Shown: positions 49,218 to 59,263 of the stretch, in pieces
Numbering within the stretch: the first letter of the stretch is position 1
Layout of the letters: each line of letters opens with the position of its first letter
Source: an uncultured virus (IMG/VR IMGVR_UViG_3300033153_014157)
Lineage: Duplodnaviria; Heunggongvirae; Uroviricota; Caudoviricetes
IMG/VR virus record: IMGVR_UViG_3300033153_014157
DNA: 64,000 nucleotides
Reading direction: 5' to 3' (one strand)
Translations under genes and position numbers: made by a program
The notes under the pieces: model-generated
What the model was told of the DNA's origin: nothing
The model's input: the letters and a program-made list of their open reading frames with translations, nothing else
The model's database searches: none

Positions 49218-49234
49218 TTTTTTTTTATTTTTTT
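49218..49234 (+). terminator. Oligo-T terminator candidate
   Basis: T9-A-T7 just after stop 49196. Confidence 0.5.
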
Positions 49235-49289
49235 AAAAGCTTTAAATTATTTCAAGATCATTTTTATTTACCATTCGCTAATTTTAATA

Positions 49290-49811
49290 TTGGTGATGAC
49301 AGTGGACATTTCATTAGTCATACAAAACATTCAATCGTGCATACGCGGTAGAAAAACGTTTTGCGGCGTAGCGCATTTATCAGAGAATGACATATACAAG
49401 ATCACGAGAAAACTTAATAGAATAAATTCAATATTAACGTTCACTGAGATAGACAAGGAACAGTTACTTAACAAGAAGAAAAGCTTCAAGATCATCTTTG
49501 CACTCGCGCGAAAATCGCTCAATAACTGTCGCCGAAGTATTGATTCACACGATTGCACTGTCAACACGGACATTTTCAGGCATTTGGATGAATTGCACGG
49601 CTACATGGCTGAAATATTGGGAACATTAATGGAGCGCGAGGACGTGCTTGAAATGTTACAACACGAAGAAGCATCTGCTGCTGACGGCACGGTAGCTGAG
49701 AATTCAGCTAACAATAACAATATCGCGGATGACGATGAGTGGGGATTACCAGCTAGCGATTCGGGTGAGGCGATAACGCCAGATGATCTCGATGCTGATG
49801 AATGGAGTTGA
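49290..49811 (+). CDS. Hypothetical protein with acidic tail
   Basis: Tail with repeated DDEW/ADEW. Confidence 0.6.
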   Translation: MVMTVDISLVIQNIQSCIRGRKTFCGVAHLSENDIYKITRKLNRINSILTFTEIDKEQLLNKKKSFKIIFALARKSLNNCRRSIDSHDCTVNTDIFRHLDELHGYMAEILGTLMEREDVLEMLQHEEASAADGTVAENSANNNNIADDDEWGLPASDSGEAITPDDLDADEWS

Positions 49812-49817
49812 TTTTGA

Positions 49818-50267
49818 ATGAAGGATATAGATAGGATCATAAAAGAGGCATTTTCAAAAGGGCGCACTGGTAATGATGCCAGTGTTCGCGCGATAATATT
49901 AGAGAGTGATTCGGACAAATTCGTGTCAAAGGGAATCGTGTCTGGAATGAAGGGCGCAAAAAAGATCCAAGTATTCATAGATACGGGAGCTACTGACAGC
50001 CTAATTGACACGAGTTTAGCTGGTGAGATAGGCGCGTGTACAACGGGTAACGTGAAGCGGATATATGGCGTTACCTCTGACTACATGGTATTGACAGAAG
50101 TGGAAATCCATCTTCGACTTATAAAGAATAAAGGCGAAGTGTCTGGAGAAGTTCGCCTGTCAATGCTTGACGGCGTTTCAAAAATCACTGGTGGCTCGCC
50201 ATTGTTATTAGGCATGGATTTTCTAACATTCGAGCGCGGTAGAAAGGCAAAGCTGATGATAGAGTGA
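49818..50267 (+). CDS. Retropepsin-like (clan AA) aspartic protease
   Basis: VFIDTGATDSLI ... LLLGMDFL. Confidence 0.85.
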   Translation: MKDIDRIIKEAFSKGRTGNDASVRAIILESDSDKFVSKGIVSGMKGAKKIQVFIDTGATDSLIDTSLAGEIGACTTGNVKRIYGVTSDYMVLTEVEIHLRLIKNKGEVSGEVRLSMLDGVSKITGGSPLLLGMDFLTFERGRKAKLMIE

Positions 50268-50875
50268 GCTTAGAGTTCAGACTAAGGAAAAAAAGGCGCG
50301 TGTTGTCAGCAATAAACGCGATCATTTTCGTCGTGACATTCACGCTACTTGAGGGCGCGACGTTGTTGGGCGCGATGCTCGGGTTGTTAGCTCTAAATTT
50401 AATTTTGTTTGTCGGTTATTCTACATTATTCGTATTAGTATTGGCGTGCTTGATCGTGATAGCCATGTCAAAAAAAGTAGTTTTCATGCACGACCGAAGA
50501 AAAATCACTGATGACGAGTTAGACCTGTTGAGATTTAAGGTGGCGTTATCAGCATTACTCGTGTTGATAATGTTTTCAATTGTATTGTTATCACTGTCAT
50601 TGTTTAGATTGCCGGCGACGGCATCAATCAATCCATTGCTGTTTTTCTCGTGCGTGTTGGTCGTGATATTGGTGATGGCATCGTCAATCGCGTGCGTGGT
50701 GAAGTTAATAATTCATTTTAAAATACGGCTCTGTTTATTAGACATCGCGATTGCGTGTTCATATTTCGTGTTAATGACTCTTTCAATTGTATTGTTGTCG
50801 ATCATTGTTCCACCATTATTCATGGTCGTGCCGTTTATAATATCTGTCGTGTCAGTCTTCGTTTTCGTGTATTAA
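50264..50875 (+). CDS. Polytopic membrane protein (about 6 TM)
   Basis: Hydrophobic; overlaps the protease stop. Confidence 0.6.
   Translation: MSLEFRLRKKRRVLSAINAIIFVVTFTLLEGATLLGAMLGLLALNLILFVGYSTLFVLVLACLIVIAMSKKVVFMHDRRKITDDELDLLRFKVALSALLVLIMFSIVLLSLSLFRLPATASINPLLFFSCVLVVILVMASSIACVVKLIIHFKIRLCLLDIAIACSYFVLMTLSIVLLSIIVPPLFMVVPFIISVVSVFVFVY
50386..50396 (-). repeat. Dispersed motif TTAGAGCTAAC (copy 9)
   Basis: gttagctctaa; encodes LALN. Confidence 0.9.
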
Positions 50876-51125
50876 TTTCTTACATGATTTTGATCGGCAT
50901 CACGTCACGTCATCGTTCAAAACGTTTCGTGAAGTGATGGCATAGATTAATGTATGGTTCATGGGGTTGAACTGAACAACATTACTGCACGGTCCAAAGC
51001 CGCGCCAATTAGTGAAAATATCACGTGACCAGCAATTCATTCGTGCTAAAAAAAAATAGAAGAAAAAAAGTGCAAAAGATAGGTTAAAACGTTGTGGCAC
51101 CTTTTTTAACGACCGTGCCAGGCAT

Positions 51126-52877
51126 TCAGAAATCTGTTTTAATTCCTAGTAACATCCTTCTCTTCTCATTATACAATTCGATGTCGTGTAACGAATTTAG
51201 GTTAAGATCTATAATGATTTCGTTATTTGTCGCCTTTTTTCTCGTGATCAACCCAGCCCTCTCCAATAATACTGATGCCTTACTGATTGATGTCTTATCT
51301 TTGTATCCGAATGCCTGTTGAACCTCTTTGTATGAAACGGGGGATTCTTTTTCTACTAAATGCATAATTATCTTCTCGATCAAGTTCTTGCTAGGCGATC
51401 CATTTTTCACGTTAGCGATGGCTTCCCTGACAGCCGGGTGCTTGTAGAAGTCAATACGTTTCTTGAATTCAACCATTTCTAATGGTTTGGATTTGTGTTG
51501 TTTCAGTTCTTTTATCTCATTTTTCAACTTCTCTATTTCTTCGTTGTTATCGTCAATAATGTCTTCATCTATTCCAAGGATAGAGTTGATCTTTCTAACA
51601 TGTTTAAGGATTTCTTCTCTATCCTTTCCGAACCTTGACACGTCTTCAAGGCTATTACTCAATTCTTCGATCGCATTATCTCTTTCTACTAGCTGTTCTT
51701 CTAATTTCCTGATCTTTATTTCGCCGTTTCTCACTGCGTTTTTTAATTCCGTGATGTAGCGATCCTTCTGCTGAATTTCAAGCGTTAATTTTTTTATCTT
51801 CATTGAGTCAGCAACAATCACCTTTGGACCGTCCTGTTGAATGACTTTAATGGTACCTATTAGCTCTAAGTCGTGTTTGGCTCTCGATAATTCGTTTTTA
51901 GTATCATCTAAAACTCGGTTTAGGTTTTCTAGCTCGTCTTTTAAAGAATCTCTCTCTTTTTCTAACTCCTTTATTTTGTCAATTTCTTTTCTTTTCTCGT
52001 TTTTTCTTTTTTCTAGATTCTCTTTTAATAACTCGATGATGGAAGCCAGTTCTTCTGTTCTTTTACTCATTAAAGACACTTCACTATTGAATAATGGCGT
52101 GTCTGCAAGGTCGGTCATCTTTGCCTTACGGAATTTGACCTTGTACCCGACATCATTTAATACTAAAAAGAACTCTTGATTTAACTCCCTAATTTCCCGA
52201 TAGTCGATTTCAACTCTTTTCAGAGTATCTTTAATCCTGTCAATATCGTTAGGTATTAGCGATTTTCCGAAGAAACGCATGTTGCACTCGCTAAGCACGT
52301 TTTTATTTATTTTAGCAGTCCTTTGAGTGACCCAGATTTGATGGATGCCGAATTTTCTCCCTTCAGACGCAATCTCGATTGCTATTTCAGACGAATCGGC
52401 TTTGCCATCCTGAGGGGCTATATGTTTACATTCTTCTACAACGAGAAAAATGGGTTTTCTATACCTTGGGGCTGAAACATAAAGTGTTTCCAATATTTCT
52501 TCCGCAAGTAAGGATTTCTGCTTTCTCCTGACTTCACTAAGATCGAATACTAAAATGAGTCCGTCTTTATACACGTGTTCTACTAACTCATAGAACATTG
52601 AATTATCTAGCGGCAAGTCGGCATATTTGCCACCAATAACCAAAACCTTATTAGATATTTCGTTTAATGAGGCATATTCACCTGAGATGTCAATTACTAT
52701 TGACGCAAATCCGATGCGAATCAGTTCTTCCAAGAAGACCTTTGCGGCATTACTTTTCCCGCTACCAGACATTCCTCCAAAAAAGATCCGTATCCCTTCT
52801 CTCTCCAATGATTTTAGGTCGACATGGAAGTCGTCTGATAGGTTGACGATATAATCATGGCTAATTGAAGCTTGCAA
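51126..52877 (-). CDS. HerA/FtsK-superfamily (DUF87-like) ATPase with long coiled coil and C-terminal winged helix
   Basis: GMSGSGKS, IDISGEY, VVEECK, EGRKFG, TQR; heptads; YKEV..AFG....ISKA...LERAGLI. Confidence 0.8.
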   Translation of the reverse strand: MQASISHDYIVNLSDDFHVDLKSLEREGIRIFFGGMSGSGKSNAAKVFLEELIRIGFASIVIDISGEYASLNEISNKVLVIGGKYADLPLDNSMFYELVEHVYKDGLILVFDLSEVRRKQKSLLAEEILETLYVSAPRYRKPIFLVVEECKHIAPQDGKADSSEIAIEIASEGRKFGIHQIWVTQRTAKINKNVLSECNMRFFGKSLIPNDIDRIKDTLKRVEIDYREIRELNQEFFLVLNDVGYKVKFRKAKMTDLADTPLFNSEVSLMSKRTEELASIIELLKENLEKRKNEKRKEIDKIKELEKERDSLKDELENLNRVLDDTKNELSRAKHDLELIGTIKVIQQDGPKVIVADSMKIKKLTLEIQQKDRYITELKNAVRNGEIKIRKLEEQLVERDNAIEELSNSLEDVSRFGKDREEILKHVRKINSILGIDEDIIDDNNEEIEKLKNEIKELKQHKSKPLEMVEFKKRIDFYKHPAVREAIANVKNGSPSKNLIEKIIMHLVEKESPVSYKEVQQAFGYKDKTSISKASVLLERAGLITRKKATNNEIIIDLNLNSLHDIELYNEKRRMLLGIKTDF

Positions 52878-53014
52878 CGTCCTTCACCATTAAAATTTTA
52901 GATCATTTCTATATAAATAGTATTTTTAATGGAAATGTTCAATGTCTTCAAGCGTTACATTAAAGAATGCATGGAGCACGGCAACACGTTGAAAAAAGAA
53001 AAGGTTATCGCGAG

Positions 53015-54556
53015 TTAATATGGCTGTATGGAATACTTGTCGCCAAGCTTATCGTGTATGTGGTCATATACAACGTGCAATTTTTTATTCAGACATTCTA
53101 ACACGCTGTCGCCATGGTTGATAGTCATTATTTTAAATGACGTGGCAAGCTTCATTTTTTTTGAGTTTAACATGTAATATATTCGGTATTTAATTCCATT
53201 TATAACGCCATTCTCGTACGCGTGTGCCACGTCAGGTCTTGACTTTTCAAGCAGGCTACAAAAATAATCTTTATCTAAAGAGTCATAGAAAATGTTGAAT
53301 ATCGTGTTATAGGTTAGAACCACGCTATTTAGTTTTTTTTCTGGTAAACATGACTTGAGCGCGTCCAAAACATCGCACAGTGTATTGTCAATATCATTAA
53401 CCAATTCTTTATCAAATGATTTTTCTATTAATGTTGCAAACTCAATTTTATTTTTCATTGATAACACGGATAACATGTAATTTAAGTTATGAATGATTGT
53501 AAAATTATTATTGATTTCAATCGCCGTTCTTATTGGTTCAATTCGCCCAATGCGAATAGAATATTGAGTTCCGTTCGTGCCATCTTTCGCATTACCGAGG
53601 CTAGCCAAATATTTGAACACGCATTCTAACTCATCGGTTGTCATTTTTTTCACGATAATTGTAATGTATTTTTTACGATTGTTATATATGATCCCTCCAT
53701 TTTTCACGCGCGCTCTACTTAGCGTGTCCAAAAATAGTTTTTTCTTATATTCAGTGACGTTGGACATCATTCGCTTGCGGAATTTTTTAACAACGTCAAA
53801 AAATATTTTCTCCCGCGTGACTAAGTATAATGTCTTTGACATGTAATATGAAACTGATTCAAAATTAGTTAATAATGTTGAAGGTCTGGCTTTTGTAAAT
53901 TTTTCTGGAATGCGATGCCTACAATCCTCCTTGTGCAACTCGTTTAATTCAAGGTCTTCGGTAAATTTTTCTTCTGTCAAATCAAGATACACGTCTTTAA
54001 ACGTGAATGACATGGATAACGTGCCGCCGCGTGCCCTTACTGTAGAGTTGTACTCAAGCATGTCAGTTCTTATATTCATGGTAGCATTGTATTCATCGTC
54101 ACTAATGACGTTAAAATCCGTGCAGTTAAAGTTATCAATAAAACGCGTCAATGGAACTGAAACATTGTCAAGCGCGAACGTGATCGTGTAGTGGCTACCC
54201 GACCTTTTATTTCTGATGAATTCACAAATTGTGTTTTCAGCATCCAATAAAATATCTCTTATTAACGGATCACTTGTTACGGTTACCTTGTATATTTTTA
54301 GCGTGTTTAATAACACCTCGCCAGGCGCAATGCTAACTTCGATCCTAAAAACTTCATTTCCGCCATCATCTTTAATTATAAATGGTGCCCTATATTGTTC
54401 ATATATGGCTTCGCGTAGTTTCGTGTTGTCCGAAATATCATCGGTCGTGCGCAACACGCCTTGAAATCGTGCCTTGTTTTTTAATTTTGCGAGGATGTAG
54501 TTAAGCAAGTGGCTTGCAAAACCAAAATCACACTCAATAAATGACATCCTTACCAT
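53015..54556 (-). CDS. Hypothetical protein, paralog family X
   Basis: FIDNFNCTDFNVISD shared with 59264..60988. Confidence 0.65.
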   Translation of the reverse strand: MVRMSFIECDFGFASHLLNYILAKLKNKARFQGVLRTTDDISDNTKLREAIYEQYRAPFIIKDDGGNEVFRIEVSIAPGEVLLNTLKIYKVTVTSDPLIRDILLDAENTICEFIRNKRSGSHYTITFALDNVSVPLTRFIDNFNCTDFNVISDDEYNATMNIRTDMLEYNSTVRARGGTLSMSFTFKDVYLDLTEEKFTEDLELNELHKEDCRHRIPEKFTKARPSTLLTNFESVSYYMSKTLYLVTREKIFFDVVKKFRKRMMSNVTEYKKKLFLDTLSRARVKNGGIIYNNRKKYITIIVKKMTTDELECVFKYLASLGNAKDGTNGTQYSIRIGRIEPIRTAIEINNNFTIIHNLNYMLSVLSMKNKIEFATLIEKSFDKELVNDIDNTLCDVLDALKSCLPEKKLNSVVLTYNTIFNIFYDSLDKDYFCSLLEKSRPDVAHAYENGVINGIKYRIYYMLNSKKMKLATSFKIMTINHGDSVLECLNKKLHVVYDHIHDKLGDKYSIQPY

Positions 54557-54562
54557 GTGATT

Positions 54563-56158
54563 TCATCTCTTTGATAACGCGTAGTATTCAAAAATGCTTG
54601 GGTATTCCTTCATTACTGCCGAGCGTTTCTCAAGAAGAAGTGCGGATGCGTCCCGAATTTTATTGTTAATTATAACTGACAATGGCATCTGTACCTGAAC
54701 GGATAAAAATGGATATATATCTCTAACCACGTATATACGCCATTTAGTCTTGTTCTTGTCATTAAGTTCTCCGCTTTTCTTAAACAAAACAAGTGCGTTG
54801 TCGTCGGCTGAAACTTTAAATAACTTGAAATCGGCATTTAAAAATTCATTAATATATGCGGTTATGGAAAAAGTCAATTCCGGAACGGTAGTGAATTTAA
54901 GCAGGGTGTTAAAGTAAATGTTGATGCCTTCTGTCATTTTTTTTGTGAACGCTCCTTCACGTATCATTGAACGCAATACCAAAGTTGAATAATTGAAAAA
55001 GTTAGATCCATGGCAAAACTCGTCATCATCGTAAGGGCGCGGCACTTCATAAATAACATGTCCCGTGTTATTATCTTTTTTTATAGAAATATAGAATAGA
55101 TATTTATCTTCTGGTTGCTTAGAGATGCGAATCAGTTTGTAGACTAATTCGGCACCACCAGTGATTGACGTGCCAGTGTAATTTTTTATATTTTGGGGAG
55201 TGAAAGAATATGATGGTAAGTACTCGCCGTCATCGGATTTGGCTAATATCCGATCGACAAGCTCGTCTATAACGCTTACTTGCGGGCTACTAATTTCGAA
55301 TGCGCCAGTATTATATTCCAATAGCGGCTTTCCGGTCATGAAACACGTGACCTTTCTATATCCAATGATCAGGTCATCAACGGCATTTTTAATATCAACC
55401 CTTGCACTGCCCGTGATGTCGGATAACACGTTATCAAATAACGGGTTTTCGATAAAGCGTTTTAAAACGGACATGTCTCGAAACACGTTCGATTTGGCAG
55501 GTGGTAGTACTGGTTTTGATAAGAGCCTAATGAGGTGCCTAAAATACGGATGTATTTTCGCTGGCAAGATTGGATGGTAAAAATGATATTTCAATAACGT
55601 TATTACGCCAATATAATGCGTTGAAATAATGTCAATTTCCGAACCAGAAACTTTAATTACAAGTGCCGTGTCGTCAATTAATGCTTGTCTTGCATGTGAA
55701 ATTTCGTCTGCAAGGGCAAAAAGACCGTGACTAAATACGATGTAAACGCTAAACTTGTCACTATCACGATATTCGTGTAGTAATACACGTGCGCCGCTAT
55801 GATAAATAGATTTCATGAATTCGCCGATGGTGCCCGCGAGGCGAAATCTGTAAATGCGCCTCCTTTGGTTACCAATCTTGTCAATATCGTTCAAGTATTG
55901 TTCTATGATCCTTGCGTCATTAAAAGAAAAAACAATTATTGGACCGCGTTTATAACGTCTAATATTCGAGGCTATTCCACTTTTATTGGAATACGTCACG
56001 TTTACATCGAACTTTCTTTTTGACTTGAACAAATAGGATAGTTCTTCATCACAATCAAGCTCCAAATCATCATATTTTTCCACGATCCCGGAAATAAAGT
56101 CACAAATGGCGTTAAAATCGGCACTTGAGCTTGAAAATGATGTTAGCTCTAACTTCAT
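54563..56158 (-). CDS. Hypothetical protein (similar size, possibly family X)
   Basis: 531 aa ORF. Confidence 0.6.
   Translation of the reverse strand: MKLELTSFSSSSADFNAICDFISGIVEKYDDLELDCDEELSYLFKSKRKFDVNVTYSNKSGIASNIRRYKRGPIIVFSFNDARIIEQYLNDIDKIGNQRRRIYRFRLAGTIGEFMKSIYHSGARVLLHEYRDSDKFSVYIVFSHGLFALADEISHARQALIDDTALVIKVSGSEIDIISTHYIGVITLLKYHFYHPILPAKIHPYFRHLIRLLSKPVLPPAKSNVFRDMSVLKRFIENPLFDNVLSDITGSARVDIKNAVDDLIIGYRKVTCFMTGKPLLEYNTGAFEISSPQVSVIDELVDRILAKSDDGEYLPSYSFTPQNIKNYTGTSITGGAELVYKLIRISKQPEDKYLFYISIKKDNNTGHVIYEVPRPYDDDEFCHGSNFFNYSTLVLRSMIREGAFTKKMTEGINIYFNTLLKFTTVPELTFSITAYINEFLNADFKLFKVSADDNALVLFKKSGELNDKNKTKWRIYVVRDIYPFLSVQVQMPLSVIINNKIRDASALLLEKRSAVMKEYPSIFEYYALSKR
56142..56153 (-). 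repeat. Dispersed motif GTTAGAGCTAAC (copy 10, full 12-mer)
   Basis: gttagctctaac; encodes LELT near the gene start. Confidence 0.9.
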
Positions 56159-56269
56159 TGATTTACACCGCTACTATAAACATCTTACTTCATTCACGAG
56201 TTTTCGTGCAAGTATTGTGACATCACGCGCTCGCGTTAAATAAACTTTGGTATAATTGGTAAATGGCGT

Positions 56270-57058
56270 TTAATCATTTGTATCGACTTTTAAGAAATCG
56301 ATCAAATTCACGAGCCTTTTTTTAGATTCGATAAAATATTCATGTTTTTTTTCAATTCCTATAAAAAACCGTTTCAGCCGGGAACACGCGATGCCAGTCG
56401 TGCCAACGCCCATGAATAAGTCTAAGACCACGTCATCGACATAGCTAAACATTTTTATGCATCGCTTAGCTAATGCCAATGGAAACGAACATGGATGAAC
56501 TCTATCCTTACATGGCGTGATGTTCCACACGTCTAACGTAGAGTGTTCGAATTCTTTATCTCCAAACTTATTGCTAACACCGCGACTAATTCGCCTTCTG
56601 GTGTTCTTTACGAATAATAAGACGCGTTCAGTTTTATGCCTTATGAATGGGGCAGATGCCGATTGCCAGCTACCCCAAGCCGTGTGTGCTTCGCTATGTC
56701 CTTGATCCCACACGATGCTTTCCCAAAACTTGATTCCCGAATTGCATGCCGCTTTGATAGTGATGTATTCTAATGGAAATGGAAACTCGCGGTTCTTTCT
56801 AGAAATAGTCGGTGCTACAATCCAGCAAATCCTTGCATCAGGCTTTAACACGCGTGAAATCCGAGTAAATACATTAGTGATGAATTCTTCATATTCTTCT
56901 TCGCTTAGATCGTCTTCATATTCTTGGAGCGCGTTATACGGAGGGCTCGTAACGACAAGGTTGACGCTTTCACTTTTAAGTAATGGAAGTACATCTAGAC
57001 AGTCCCCTTTATATATAGAATAATTATTCCCATCCACCCTCTTGATGTGACGTTTCAC
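56270..57058 (-). CDS. Beta-class DNA methyltransferase (SPPY, likely N4C)
   Basis: VVTSPPYN, HPCSFP, VLDLFMGVGTT. Confidence 0.9.
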   Translation of the reverse strand: MKRHIKRVDGNNYSIYKGDCLDVLPLLKSESVNLVVTSPPYNALQEYEDDLSEEEYEEFITNVFTRISRVLKPDARICWIVAPTISRKNREFPFPLEYITIKAACNSGIKFWESIVWDQGHSEAHTAWGSWQSASAPFIRHKTERVLLFVKNTRRRISRGVSNKFGDKEFEHSTLDVWNITPCKDRVHPCSFPLALAKRCIKMFSYVDDVVLDLFMGVGTTGIACSRLKRFFIGIEKKHEYFIESKKRLVNLIDFLKVDTND

Positions 57059-57112
57059 GTACTAGGTAATAAAAAAAAATATTTAAACTCGTGTTTTTTG
57101 ATGCCTTGCAAG

Positions 57113-59230
57113 TCAAACTATTTTTCCGATGTATTTTATTGCGTGTTCTAGTGTCTCTATATTATAAAACTCAAATACTGGTACTTTTGCAACCCTTATG
57201 TATGCCTTTGCCGATGGACTATCACCTCCGACTCCCCACTCTTCTTCACGTTCTGGATTTAATACGATGACGTGTTTTAATAATTTATTCATGCGGGCAA
57301 GCGACTCGTATGATTTTGGAATTGCCATTGTTTTATCGCGATCGGCATCATTTGTTCTGCAATCTGTCAATATCAGTAGCACGTAACTGTTTGGAATTTT
57401 TAACTTCAATAACTCGTGATAGGCTGTTCGCATGTCGGATATCCGATGTTGAGATGCATATTTTCGCATGTCTGCTATCGAATTCACGCGCACGATGTGC
57501 TTTACAAATGCATAAACGATTAAATTCTTGAACGCTTTTCTTGCGGCATTTAGAAACACGTAAAATAACTCGGAAATGTGTTGCACGCTTCCACTTATAT
57601 CACAAAGAACAAACAAGTTCGCTTTTTTACGTTTGAAAGTCTTGTATTTCATGTCGGCAATCACGCCGCCATATCTAGGGATGTTGTATGAGAACGTCCT
57701 AGTTATGTCTAACTGCCCGCCGCGCGTTTCTTTATATCTTCGTGCTTTCTTTAGCTTGAAAAGGTCTGCCAATTTTCTTATATTTCGCTTTAACCTGTTC
57801 ATTACCTCGTTGTACAAGCGTTGGTCGTATTTTGATAACATTTTTAGGTCTTTTTTGAAATCAAGTTTTTTAATATCTATTCCGTGACGCATTCCGAGCT
57901 TTTGCAGTATTACCTGCCTTCTGTAATCATAATTCTTCAATTTATTTAGTCGCCTCAAGATCTCGCGGAATAATTCTCGCATTTCTATCTCATCGACTTT
58001 TTGCTTTGAAATGGCATCCTTGATTCTCTTTTTGAGATTATCTATGTACTTGTGTATGGCTTTATCATCTGTAAGGAGCTTTTCTCCGAGTTCGTGCTCG
58101 ATCATTTTCTTTAATAATTCAATATTGCCGTCTAACAATTCCTTCATTTCTAGGCTAGAGATCTCCTTCAACAGATTGCGAAATAATTTATTATTACCAA
58201 TGGAAGCATTACTTCGGTCACGGAGTCCAGTTCGCGGCTCAATATTTCCAATTCTTTCCTTGTCAGGTGGACGTTCGTTATTGAGTATCTCATGTAACAC
58301 GCTTCTCATTTCTTCTTCTTCCTGCTCTATTAGGTATCTATACTCTGCTTCACCAATCTCTTCCGCATGCTTGTGTTTTCCAGAAATATATTTTCGACCA
58401 CCCATGAGCTTGCGTCCACTACCGCTAGGCTGCCTTCTAGGCTTGCCGCTCACGCCACTACCGCTAGGCTCGCCTCCGCGATGTCTCCAAGACCTAGACT
58501 CTCGCCCTTCACCACCTAACTCCTGCTCCGGCTCTCCGGCACCGCTAATTTCTGGAGATTCCACCATGCCACTGCCTTTCGGCTTTTCTGTTTTACTATC
58601 GAGGTCTTTTTTAAATTGTTCTTCCTCGCTATCTAGAATGGATTCTCCACCACGAATGTGCCGCAAGTATTCGTTGAAATCTCTTCTCATTTCCTCAGCC
58701 ATTTGAACGATATTATTTATGCGGCGACGCTTTTCTATTAATTCGCGTTGCTTGATTGATAAATCTTTTAGTTTTCGTTCGATTTCCTTTTGCCTCTTTT
58801 TTAACACTTCTAGTTGTTTCATGTATTTTTTATATTCTTTATCATTTGGATCTAGGCTGCTAATTTCATCCTCGATATCACTAATGATAAAAACATTATT
58901 CTCGCTTTCAGCACGTAACTCGTCCTTTCTTCTGCGCGTCCGCTCGATCTCCTTCTTTACTTCTTCTGGATCATATCTTCCCCCATAAAATTCGGGAAAA
59001 TATTTTCTAAACATGACTTCGAATATGTTAAAGTCGTTACTGTTTTTTATGAGTGACGCGCGCAGCACGAGCTTGAAATCTCTTAATGAGAACACGTTTT
59101 CCTGTACGATTATATCTAATGCATCTGCGATTGCTTTAGAGCTAATGTTTAATCCGCTCTCTCGTAGCTCGGCAACGATTAGTTGTATGCGTTCGGTTAA
59201 TGCCTTCATGACACTCACTTCAGAAATCAA
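57113..59230 (-). CDS. CoxE-like VWA domain protein with coiled-coil/disordered insert
   Basis: N-terminal ELRESGL...LRASLIK...F...F..YF; MIDAS LCDISGSV; LTDCRTN; LNPE. Confidence 0.85.
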   Translation of the reverse strand: MISEVSVMKALTERIQLIVAELRESGLNISSKAIADALDIIVQENVFSLRDFKLVLRASLIKNSNDFNIFEVMFRKYFPEFYGGRYDPEEVKKEIERTRRRKDELRAESENNVFIISDIEDEISSLDPNDKEYKKYMKQLEVLKKRQKEIERKLKDLSIKQRELIEKRRRINNIVQMAEEMRRDFNEYLRHIRGGESILDSEEEQFKKDLDSKTEKPKGSGMVESPEISGAGEPEQELGGEGRESRSWRHRGGEPSGSGVSGKPRRQPSGSGRKLMGGRKYISGKHKHAEEIGEAEYRYLIEQEEEEMRSVLHEILNNERPPDKERIGNIEPRTGLRDRSNASIGNNKLFRNLLKEISSLEMKELLDGNIELLKKMIEHELGEKLLTDDKAIHKYIDNLKKRIKDAISKQKVDEIEMRELFREILRRLNKLKNYDYRRQVILQKLGMRHGIDIKKLDFKKDLKMLSKYDQRLYNEVMNRLKRNIRKLADLFKLKKARRYKETRGGQLDITRTFSYNIPRYGGVIADMKYKTFKRKKANLFVLCDISGSVQHISELFYVFLNAARKAFKNLIVYAFVKHIVRVNSIADMRKYASQHRISDMRTAYHELLKLKIPNSYVLLILTDCRTNDADRDKTMAIPKSYESLARMNKLLKHVIVLNPEREEEWGVGGDSPSAKAYIRVAKVPVFEFYNIETLEHAIKYIGKIV

Positions 59231-59263
59231 TTAAATAAAACATCTTGATGACACCATTTTAAA

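Noticed and set aside
58416..58470. 16 bp direct repeat ccactaccgctaggct (58416 and 58455)
   Set aside because: Only two copies, encoding PSGSG in a disordered linker; not a tandem array.
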